Positions 12,517 to 23,233 of a DNA stretch of 43,618 nt are shown here, piece by piece (positions within the stretch are counted from its first letter, which is position 1; each line of letters begins with the position of its first letter). The notes under the pieces are model-generated. The model saw nothing but the letters and a program-made list of their open reading frames with translations, was not told the DNA's origin and ran no database searches. Source of the DNA: Octopus bimaculoides (Eukaryota). Position numbers and translations under genes: made by a program. The stretch lies in NCBI RefSeq assembly GCF_001194135.2, contig NC_068993.1:31135164-31178781 (forward strand), given 5' to 3'.

Positions 12517-13768
12517 CAGGGTGCGGACAGTGTTTGAGGACACATGCATTTTTAGTCACTATTTTATTTGTCTAATTTTTACTTAAGAAAATAACAACGA
12601 CAGATTCTATGCTTACTAATGAAATGAAAAGGCATGCTGCGATTTTGGCTTTGAAGGGTAAGCAAGGTGATTTAGGAATCTCTCGTTTTCTGAAAGTTGC
12701 AAGACTTTTCTCCACAAGATTCAATGTGAGTTAGCGAAAGGAGATAGAAACGTATTACCTGTATTAAAACGAAAAACAACATTCCAAATGTTCTGATCCT
12801 ATCAGGACACCTGGATTTATTCAGGAAGTTAAACAAAAATGAAGACAATCCAGGAAAATCAATGAAGCTAATTGCCAAAAAAAAAAAAAAAAAATCGTGT
12901 GTCAGAAAAAAGAATCAGAAATGTTGTGCATGAAGGCATCAGATACAAATCTTACATGACGAGGAGAGGTCAATTCATATCAGAAAAAAATCCCAAAGAA
13001 AACCGTTTAATCAGATCCAAAAGACTTTTGAACTAACTTAAAAGTCCATCAGAAAATGGTGTAATTTGATTTTTCTCAGATGAGAAGAACTTTGACCAGG
13101 ACCAGAAAACTGACGAAAGAAATGACAGATGCCTAAGTGCAGACCTTTCTGAGTTTCCAAGAGTAAAGTACACAACATTTCCTGCAAGTGTCACGGTTTG
13201 GGATGTTGTTAGCAATAAAGAGCATTTGATACCTCTTCACGTTTTTAAAAGGCCTTAGGGTGAATGTTGCTGATTATATAGAGGGTGGATAAAGTTGTTA
13301 AGCCTTGGATCAACAGTGTATGGAATGGAAGTCCTTATGTCTTTCAACAAGATTCTTCACCATCACACAAGGCTCAAATGACACAAGAATGGATGGCCGA
13401 CAATTTGCATGGTCACATCACCCGTAACATTTGGCCTCCTAATTCTCCATCCACTGGACTACTATGTATGGAGCATCATTGAGAAAAATGTCAATGAACA
13501 CCACTATAGCACCAAAGATTCTTTGAAAGCTGCCATAGTCTGAGTTATGTCGATATGAACAAAGACCACTTAACTCGAGCTTGTAAATGATTTCGACCTC
13601 GCGTAGAGTTAGTTATTGATGCTTATGGTGGTTTTATTAAACGAAAATATTAAATTGATAAATTAGGTTTATGTTTATGTTATTTCTATAAAAATACTTT
13701 TTTCTGTTATTATATAAACGTTTTTTCTTAAAACCATAAGTCTGTCCTGAAATACCGAACGCAACAGG
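12517..13768 (+). mobile_element. Tc1/mariner superfamily, DD37D (maT) transposon, near full length, decayed transposase
   Basis: FFSDEKNFDQDQK (~13070-13110), YVFQQDSSPSHKAQMTQEWMADNL...IWPPNSP[DLN deleted]PLDYYVWSIIE. Spacing from the second to the third catalytic D is 37 aa once the small deletion is restored. Left end TA|CAGGGTG at 12515-12523; degenerate right TIR ending CAGG|TA at ~13768; length ~1.25 kb. Confidence 0.88.
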
Positions 13769-14353
13769 TATACTTTAGAGAGATAATGTTGTAAAATTGA
13801 CCAGTATTTAGGTATACGTCAGGCTTTCTCACATATTNNNNNNNNNNNNNNNNNNNNNNNNNNNNNNNNNNNNNNNNNNNNNNNNNNNNNNNNNNNNNNN
13901 NNNNNNNNNNNNNNNNNNNNNNNNNNNNNNNNNNNNNNNNNNNNNNNNNNNNNNNNNNNTATATATATACATACACATACACACACACACTCACATATAT
14001 ATTTATAAATAAAAGAGAGTCGTGTGTGTGTGCGTATTTTCCTTATGCATTCCAAAAACGGAGCTGCCGATTTTGATGTATTGGGTATCAAATGATGCAG
14101 TAATCTTTCGGCTACTAACAAAACTTTACTTTTCATTTACATATTTGCATTACAAATATTTAGCATTATAATTTTTCGTTTAATCACATATCGGAAACGA
14201 CATTTTATACCACTACCATAACGACCACGGCATCACATTTTCTGTATGAGTGTATTCGCGCGTTCTTTACGTACGTTAGCCCGATGAATTAGAAGTATAT
14301 GTGTGCGACAGTGCACGTGTCTGTCAGTATACATACATTTTTGTGACGACTGA

Positions 14354-14380
14354 CACACACACACACACACACACACACAT
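14354..14380. repeat. (CA)n microsatellite
   Basis: Direct reading. Confidence 0.95.
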
Positions 14381-15689
14381 CTAAAGACAGAGACAGACAT
14401 AGACAGTGACAGAGATAGGCCTGAGGTGTGCATGAATGTATGTCTGTGAAACGCGCCGAATTGGAAAGAGCTTAGTTTAGTTGCGGCCTGGATGTTGAAC
14501 GAACAACAGCGTTCATTTTGAACTACCACCAACATGAAGATTTGGCTAATTTGACAGCACTCACAATACTCGCAAATACATCTGAAAAAAAATGTTATTC
14601 TGGTTATTATAACAAATTCGGAAATTTGATGAAGAAAGGCTTAGCAGCTCTTTCAATATAATTACAGAAATGTTATTCCACTCCTTATAACCAGTTTGAA
14701 TATAATGCTTTTTAAAAAGTCCTAGCATCCGTATCGTCTTCCTGCTATGGTGTTTCATCACTGAGTATTCAAAGCCGCACATACTTTTTACTGCATTTGT
14801 CAGTATTTATTCTACTGCCTATAACCTTACACAGTTAAACTACATAGCAATTTTAAATTGATGTATGTCTTGCTCCATACACCCTTCAGCAAATATTTTT
14901 AATTAATTAACTTTCACAAAACCAATATATTCTTTTTGTATACACTTTGTTCAGCGTTCGTTTCAAAATTGTAAAATAATAAATTATGTTTCTATGAAAT
15001 ATTGAATTATGCCTTCTGAATTTTCTTCACCGAGACATTCATTCAATCGTGAATTTTATAACATCTAGTACAAATAAACGTTGACTTTCTGTACGTTGCT
15101 ACGTTGGTGACACATATTAACATTTGCTAAATCGGTGACTTCCCACGCTGGAATATTTCTTTTGGAAATATTCCCTAAAAAATTATTTTATGACATAACT
15201 ATGCTACAGAAGGTATGTTTTGCACCTATATTCACTACATTTCATTTCGCTTGAACTTCATGTGCGTACGTTTTTGTGTAACACTAATAAAGATAAGTTA
15301 TGGTGAAAGTGCAGATAATTTCCCTCGTAAATATGTATATATATATATGTATATGTATTTATATATATATATATATACTTGCATAACAAGTGGCCTGATC
15401 TGAGATCATGTGCTGGAACGGAAACAATGCAGCGTGGAAGGTGTTTATAACACATTTAAGAAACACACAAAAAACGTTGGATTCACTTCAAAATTTAAAT
15501 TTAAGTTGTAAACATCTCCATTTATATAGAAGATCAAAAATAAAACCACAAATTGCGAAAAAGTATTAAAAATAACCGTTACTTGGGAGTATGATGTTTC
15601 TTCCGGGGTTTATTGACCTTGATCTTCTTTAGGCGCAGTAATTTAGATGTCTTTCATTCATATGGACAGGCAAGCAAATACATGTCCAA

Positions 15690-16050
15690 ATATGTGTGCA
15701 TGTATGTTTGTGTATGTGTGTATATGTATGTGGCTATATGTATATATATATGTGTGTGTGTGAGTATGTGTATGTACGTGCATATGTATATACGAATATA
15801 TATGAGTGTATGTGTATGTATCTATACGTATGTACCTGTATACGCGCTTGCGTAAAACTTTGTAAGCGCCTGCGCGCCTTTGCGCATGTATGTGCGCGTG
15901 CATGTATGCGTATATATATGCTCACGCATATGTGTGTATGTACATTCATGTGTATATATATGTATATATATATGTGTGTGTGCGTGTGTGTGTCTATATG
16001 TATGCATATGCGCACATGCATATGTACGTCTGTGCGCGCGTACGTATGTC
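15690..16050. repeat. Degenerate alternating purine/pyrimidine (TA/TG/CG) tract
   Basis: Direct reading; source of several spurious Y/I/M/C/V-rich ORFs. Confidence 0.9.
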
Positions 16051-17097
16051 ATTATACCTTCTTTCCTCCTCTCTGATTCTTTCCTATCACACTAACCTAT
16101 TGAATCATATACTCTATTTATAGAAGTTTGACATCCTTGTATTCTTCCCTCCACTTTAAATTTGCCACTAAAACTACTACTCACTTTCGTAACACCTTAC
16201 TCATACCTTTTCTCTATCCATCCCTTAATGCAGCTCTGTCATATCACCCCTGCTAACACATCTCACACTGATTCACTTCTTACCTTCTCATCTCTTCATA
16301 TTCCTCCACAACTCCTCTCCCATCCTCCCCTCACATTATCTTAACCACCAACTAACACTCCTTTTCGCACTTCTTCCACACTTTCTTCACATTTTCGTGC
16401 GTGTGTTTGTGTGCGCACGCGCGCGCGTATGCTTGCGTCCACGTGTATGTACATGCATATATTTGTATAGTTATTTAGTAGTATATACAAGCAGAACAGC
16501 CTTTTGTTTGTACTACCCACCTCTGAGAATGAGGTTATTTAAAAATATTTTTTAATTATATGCACAAGAAACAGCAGTGAAAGAAATAAACGTAGCCATT
16601 TGAGCATAGCATGCAAATTAGGAAAGGAATATTTAATGAAGTAAGCGTGGCATATCGGCCGTGGCTTTTGTGATAAAAGTTCCATATTAGAAGATTAATG
16701 TGATGGGGACGTGCTTGCCTATCTTTTGAGTTAAACATGAAGAAAACGAATTAGAATATGTTACAAATCATAGTTGCATGGTGAGATCTTTGTGGCAGTT
16801 ACAAGCTTAAATAAAATTTTCGTTTAAAGGAATTTAAATGAGAGGAATGTTGGTACCGAAATAAATGTATGCTTAAAAGGAAATAAGTGATGAATTATAG
16901 CTAAGGAGAGAAAAGTATATACATAAAATAATTATATTTATAATTCCTATACGCACATGCATGTGATGTGTGTATTTGAGTGTATGTGTGTGTGTATGTG
17001 TGTGTGAATGTAATCGTGATTGTAAGAGTATAGCATAAATATATACGTAGAAGTGGAAACCCTAAATTAAGAAATACCTCGGCCGCATATATGTGTG

Positions 17098-17136
<39 letters not shown>

Positions 17137-17906
17137 NNNNNNNNNNNNNNNNNNNNNNNNNNNNNNNNNNNNNNNNNNNNNNNNNNNNNNNNNNNNNNNN
17201 NNNNNNNNNNNNNNNNNNNNNNNNNNNNNNNNNNNNNNNNNNNNNNNNNNNNNNNNNNNNNNNNNNNNNNNNNNNNNNNNNNNNNNNNNNNNNNNNNNNN
17301 NNNNNNNNNNNNNNNNNNNNNNNNNNNNNNNNNNNNNNNNNNNNNNNNNNNNNNNNNNNNNNNNNNNNNNNNNNNNNNNNNNNNNNNNNNNNNNNNNNNN
17401 NNNNNNNNNNNNNNNNNNNNNNNNNNNNNNNNNNNNNNNNNNNNNNNNNNNNNNNNNNNNNNNNNNNNNNNNNNNNNNNNNNNNNNNNNNNNNNNNNNNN
17501 NNNNNNNNNNNNNNNNNNNNNNNNNNNNNNNNNNNNNNNNNNNNNNNNNNNNNNNNNNNNNNNNNNNNNNNNNNNNNNNNNNNNNNNNNNNNNNNNNNNN
17601 NNNNNNNNNNNNNNNNNNNNNNNNNNNNNNNNNNNNNNNNNNNNNNNNNNNNNNNNNNNNNNNNNNNNNNNNNNNNNNNNNNNNNNNNNNNNNNNNNNNN
17701 NNNNNNNNNNNNNNNNNNNNNNNNNNNNNNNNNNNNNNNNNNNNNNNNNNNNNNNNNNNNNNNNNNNNNNNNNNNNNNNNNNNNNNNNNNNNNNNNNNNN
17801 NNNNNNNNNNNNNNNNNNNNNNNNNNNNNNNNNNNNNNNNNNNNNNNNNNNNNNNNNNNNNNNNNNNNNNNNNNNNNNNNNNNNNNNNNNNNNNNNNNTA
17901 TATATA

Positions 17907-18475
17907 TTATATATATAATTTGTTTTAAGAAGAGACAAAATTTAGATAATCATCTGATAATTTTGATTTACATTAGCATAATAAATACCTATAACACAAT
18001 AAATACACCAAGACAAAGAACATATCAATATATTATTTAGAATAGAAATAAGAAATACATGTAAAAATATACGTGAAAGGGTAAACAAATGAATAAGGAA
18101 TGATACATCGATTAAAAATCATATTAAATTTGAGATTAAGAATGTTGAATTAAGAATTAAAAGTTGTAAGATACATCGACGGCAGTGAGAAATCTTAAAG
18201 ATCAATTTAAAAGTCAGAGGAATAATATAGGATACATTTGTTTTGAAGGTTGTAAATAAATGTTTATAGAGGTTTATAACACCATATAAGATGTATTTCG
18301 ACGGCCATTTCTGCAGTCGATTTGTCTACATGGTATGAGTCCTTGTTTAAATAATAATTTATATGTTCCTTGTCTTAGTGTATTTATTGATTTATAAGTA
18401 TTTATAATGTTGATGTAAATCATAACTACAGGATGATTATCTAAACATTGTCTCTTCTTAAACAAGTTATATAAT
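17907..18475. repeat. Inverted repeat: ~130-bp arms (17907-18038 and 18349-18475) with ~310-bp spacer
   Basis: TTGTTTTAAGAAGAGACAAAATTTAGATAATCATC...AATAAATACACCAAGACAAAGAACATAT vs revcomp TTGTTTAAGAAGAGACAATGTTTAGATAATCATC...AATAAATACACTAAGACAAGGAACATAT. Confidence 0.85.
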
Positions 18476-18550
18476 GTGTAGCGTCTCGGATTCGACCTGA
18501 GCACTTTCAAGCAATTGTGTAAAAAAGACATTTTTTTGGAAGAAAAAACA

Positions 18551-18582
<32 letters not shown>

Positions 18583-19139
18583 GTTATATATATGTACAGG
18601 CGCTCACATATATATATATATATATATCCATATACACACATACATACACACACACATATACTGTTCCGTAACTGGAAGATCAACAAAAACTGTACTCCAT
18701 CCATTGAGGGATAAATATCATTTTGTATACACTGTATTTAAAATCAAGCTGCTATCAGTTTCATGCTAAACAACACCAATATACTTACAAGCTTGCGTAG
18801 CATGTCTTATGTTTTAATGCAATCGTTGAATCTCGAAGGTACAATATAGCCGATTCTTTTTTCAGAGAACAAGAAAGAAAGCTGGTTTTTGAAAAAAAAA
18901 AAACACGAAAAAGAAAGATGGGAATGTAAACTCAAAGTTTGGAAAGAGTAAAATAAAAAACGGATATAAAATTTTGCGTCCATTTACCGTTCGAATCAGA
19001 GTTTATATGGTTGGTGTAAAGATATTCAATGGAAGAGAAGAGTTATTATTAAGGCAATTTTTTGTCAAAAAATTAAAATTAATTATAAGTTCGTTTTAAG
19101 TTTAAAATCAAAGATAAAAAGAAACTGTTTTTTATGATT

Positions 19140-19920
19140 AATCAGGATATTGTACACACAATCTTGGGATGGAACTGGAATCCTCAGGAAAATCAAATTA
19201 GTGTGTTAAACGAGGAAATTTGATAGGTGCCGTAGGCACTGAGAAGATGCCAATTCATATCTGCAAAATCTCAGGTAAAACCGTTTGTCCCCGTGCCAAG
19301 CATTTATTTAACAATGCTAAAATCATGCACAAACATAATATGCTTTGTGTCTTCATTGATCAGATAAACTTCGATCGAGATCATAAGTTTAACAAGAGAA
19401 ATGATCCATTTTTACATGCAGACCTTTCTGATGTCTTCACACTTATGCCAACTTAGTTTCCGGCAACTGTAATATTTGGAGCGGTGAGTAACGAAGGTCA
19501 TATCATATTATACATCTTGCCACAGGATCTTTGAATTAATACTAAGGGATATGTTAAGATACTGGAAACAATTGCTACACCTTGGATGGAAGAATCATGC
19601 AGTGGAAAGCCATAAGTGTTCCACCAAGATTCAGTATTTACCTGCAAAGCTCACATAGTGCGAAAATCAATGTCAGACAATCTTTACAATCATATAATAC
19701 TAAACAGATAGCCTCCAAACTCGTCAGATTTCAATCTCATGAACTACTAATTCTGGAGTGCTTCTGAAAAGGAGACTAATAGATATTCTCACAATGTCCT
19801 TGCTTCACTAATGTCGCTATTGTTCAGGCAATGTCTGATATGGATAACGACCATTTAGTGCAGGAATGTTCTTCATTAAAAAAGTGCTCGATGTTGAAAG
19901 AGAATTCATTGAATAATCTT
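19140..19920 (+). mobile_element. DD37D (maT) transposase remnant, older copy, TIRs not identified
   Basis: VFIDQINFDRDHKFNKRND, FPATVIFGAVSNEGH, FHQDS...*PPNSSDFNLMNY (37-aa spacing, third D changed to N); homologous to 12800-13645. Confidence 0.82.
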
Positions 19921-20199
19921 ATATGAGAGTTTACAAGGGAACATGTGCGTTTGGTTTGTGATAGATTAAAGAAGTTCTCTTAAATTGCATAACATGTTTT
20001 CTCACAGATTGTATATTTTAGAAAATATTCTTCCTACTCTGTGTTATGGTTTCTATTTTCGAGAGATAATACGCATATAAGATAGTGTATGCACTTTCAA
20101 TCCCTTTCATCATTTCATCAACTGACTAGCATGCTTGTTAATTTTCTTTTATAGTTACGCATGTTATGGTACTTTTACACACATATACATACACACATG

Positions 20200-20223
20200 C
20201 AAGCACGCGCACGAATACACACA

Positions 20224-20275
<52 letters not shown>
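20200..20275. repeat. (CA)n microsatellite
   Basis: Direct reading. Confidence 0.97.
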
Positions 20276-20279
<4 letters not shown>

Positions 20280-20872
20280 CAGACTGACAGACACACACTC
20301 ACATACACACTTACTAAATATAGGATTTTGAATTTATTTTCACTGCTGCACAACAGCAAAATACCCAACCATTAACTTAGTTATTTATTTTATAATAAGA
20401 AAACAATAGAATTGCTCTCTTTCTTGATATATTTCAAACCAATTGCATACGATCTGCCTAAATTTCCATATTTCAAGTATGGGAGCTTATTGCATACATT
20501 TAAACATCTCAATTAGAACCTCAAAGCATATCTCATTTACCAGTGTTACTGTAACATTTACACTTGCTTGTTTCGTTTTAGTTCCCAACCCGCGACACTC
20601 TTTCTTATCATTAAAGTTTTACAAATAAACTACTATATCTTTTTAAACAACTTTACATACAAAAAGTTTTTAAAACTAACTCCTTATACTTTAGAAGTTA
20701 CCCCTACATATTCCAACAACAAACAAAATTATCATCGAGTATTACAAAATTTATACGAGTTAATTCCATTAAAGTGTTTAATCCTATTCGTCTTTTGTAT
20801 TTCCAAAACGAATTCGGTATCTGGTTTTCACTTTTCTGCTTCTTTTATGTAAGCCTTCACATTTTGCCCCCT

Positions 20873-20873
20873 A

Positions 20874-20906
<33 letters not shown>

Positions 20907-20965
20907 CACTAACACACACACACAAACACAGACACACACACAAACACACAGACACACACACACAC
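20873..20965. repeat. Interrupted (CA)n microsatellite
   Basis: Direct reading. Confidence 0.95.
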
Positions 20966-21043
20966 ATGTATATAAGTATGCAAAGCGGATGTACACGAAG
21001 TACGATCATTGCTGGATAGATATAGATAGATAGGTACATCCAT

Positions 21044-21079
<36 letters not shown>

Positions 21080-21082
<3 letters not shown>

Positions 21083-21685
21083 TAAAGGAATACAAAAAAT
21101 GGGACAAGAACGCAAAACATCTAGACAGATGACACAAAAAAGGACAATAAAAAACAAGGACGGGTCATTCGGAGTTTTCTTTTCTCAGTCGAGTTCCAGA
21201 TTATCTTTGCAATTTCGGCTGGTTAGACTCGAGATTGCTCCAATCTGGCCAGCCGCAAGGTAAAGCTAAGCTAAGAGTACTAGATTCCTTCAAAGAAAGC
21301 AGCAAACGTATACGAAAACAAGGACGGAAAAAACGTAGAAATGGTACACAAATACAAATGCAAATAACAGGATTAACAACACGTGTCTTTCGACGAAGGA
21401 CGAATTAAATTAAGCTGGCGTGTGAGGAAGTGAAACCTTACGACAGGGACATAAGAGATGACAGGCATAGGGAGGAATATAGACGTTGCACGGATGATAG
21501 TCGAACCAAGAAAGAAAGGTCAGGCTTGGCTGAACACCGGCAAATGGAGAGAGAGGAGAGAGGTAGAAGCAGAGGGATAGAAGAATTGGGGAGGGACGAG
21601 AAAAAGACAAGAGACAGAGTGAAGTGAAAATGGTGGGAAGGTGAGAATGAAGAGAAAGCCAGGAAATATGAGAGATGGGAACGAA
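21080..21685. mobile_element. Probable non-coding interspersed repeat (possibly Penelope-derived), family unassigned
   Basis: GC-richer island bounded by (TA)n and (ATCT)n, no credible protein. Resembles high-copy repeats I recall from octopod DNA (recollection, unverified). Confidence 0.3.
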
Positions 21686-22122
21686 ACATCTATCTATCTA
21701 TCTATCTATCTGTCTATCTATCTGTCTATATATATATATATNNNNNNNNNNNNNNNNNNNNNNNNNNNNNNNNNNNNNNNNNNNNNNNNNNNNNNNNNNN
21801 NNNNNNNNNNNNNNNNNNNNNNNNNNNNNNNNNNNNNNNNNNNNNNNNNNNNNNNNNNNNNNNNNNNNNNNNNNNNNNNNNNNNNNNNNNNNNNNNNNNN
21901 NNNNNNNNNNNNNNNNNNNNNNNNNNNNNNNNNNNNNNNNNNNNNNNNNNNNNNNNNNNNNNNNNNNNNNNNNNNNNNNNNNNNNNNNNNNNNNNNNNNN
22001 NNNNNNNNNNNNNNNNNNNNNNNNNNNNNNNNNNNNNNNNNNNNNNNNNNNNNNNNNNNNNNNNNNNNNNNNNNNNNNNNNNNNNNNNNNNNNNNNNNNN
22101 NNNNNNNNNNNNNNNNNNNNNN

Positions 22123-22177
22123 AATAATGATGATGAAGATGATGATAATGGTGATGATGATAATAATAATGATGATG

Positions 22178-22248
<71 letters not shown>

Positions 22249-22258
22249 GATGATAATA
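22123..22258. repeat. (AAT)/(GAT)n microsatellite, left flank of Penelope copy 2
   Basis: Direct reading. Confidence 0.97.
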
Positions 22259-23141
22259 GACAAGACGAAGAACACGATGCGATTGCAATAGATATTTTAT
22301 TGGTTGAACGATATTTCGACAGCATGCCTGTCTTTGTCGAGTTCAAATAAAAAGTGATAAAAATTCACAATTATTGAAATTCAAATCTAAAGTATGGACG
22401 AGAGCAACCAGAGTTCACACGTTGAAGGAATGACGTCATTATTTTTTTGAAGCCTCAATTTTATAACAGGCGAAAAGAAAAAGACAGTAAAAAACAAGAA
22501 AATCTAAGAAAAAAAAAGAAAAAGAATATTCAATCACATAGTTTTGTCTCATGGCTGGCTGCTGACGAATTTTTCTGTAAAATATCGATAGATCATCCTG
22601 TTCATGCTATTTCATTAGCATTATTCTGTGCTTGAGAATAAATTATTTCCTTATCTCTATACTTCAATAGATCCCAACGCTTCTAAAGCAAAATTTGTTT
22701 GTTTAATTTCATCGTATGTTTTGTATAAAGTTGATGATATTCTCCTGTCATTGTATTCATTCCTCCAGGGCGTGATGTTAATAACCCGCAAATATATTTC
22801 TCATATGCATTTTGAGTATTGAAAGGGAAGCATATTCAGAATATTTTCTGAGAATATGCAGTTTCAAGTCTTTTTCAAAATTGCAGCCATTTAAAAGAAA
22901 ATGCTCGGCAAGTTCATTCGAGCTACTGTTATTGTGCCTGGCGTCCAACATTTTGTTGATTCCTGATGGAATTCATTTCACTCTTGTCGTTGCACAATGA
23001 AGTCCTTACCTCTCTTGCAGCTGTTTTCCAAGGTACAGCGTTAAGATACTCCAATGATAGTTTTCTTGGGGTCAGAAATAGATTTCTTATATTCTTATTC
23101 CGTCTAAAGTCTACAATAGGCAACTGAGGAATATCTGTTTC
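22259..23141 (-). mobile_element. Penelope-like element 3' portion, copy 2 (RT-EN linker, internally deleted GIY-YIG, 3' UTR/pLTR)
   Basis: LPIVDFRRNKNIRNLFL (PLE linker motif, ~23075-23125), ELAEHFLLNGCNFEKDLKLHIL...EKYICGLLTSRPGGMN; homologous to copy 1; flanked by (AAT/GAT)n on both sides. Confidence 0.82.
22304..22346 (-). ncRNA. Minimal type I hammerhead-like motif with variant core (copy 2; all stems intact)
   Basis: Minus RNA: UUGAAC-UCGACAA-A-GACAG-GCAUG-CUGUC-GAAA-UA-UC-GUUCAA; perfect 6-bp stem I, perfect 5-bp stem II; predicted cleavage 3' of C at + coordinate 22310. Confidence 0.58.
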
Positions 23142-23182
23142 AAATAATAATGATGATGATGATGCTGCTGATGATAGTAATC

Positions 23183-23231
<49 letters not shown>
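23142..23231. repeat. (AAT)/(GAT)n microsatellite between Penelope copy 2 and R4 copy D
   Basis: Direct reading. Confidence 0.97.

Positions 23232-23233
<2 letters not shown>

Noticed and set aside
14010-14300. Helitron/HINE-like phrases (CCTTATGCATTCC, CCGATTTTGATG)
   Set aside because: No terminal CTAG or subterminal hairpin identified; based on recollection alone
15395-15515. Segment resembling a high-copy octopod repeat (also 7130-7210)
   Set aside because: Recognition from memory only; single copy in the window and unverifiable without a search
21155-21200. Minus-strand CTGAGAA...CTCC-GAAT-GACCCGTC as a hammerhead
   Set aside because: Core has A8 without U3, GAAU instead of GAAA, and no convincing stems I or II
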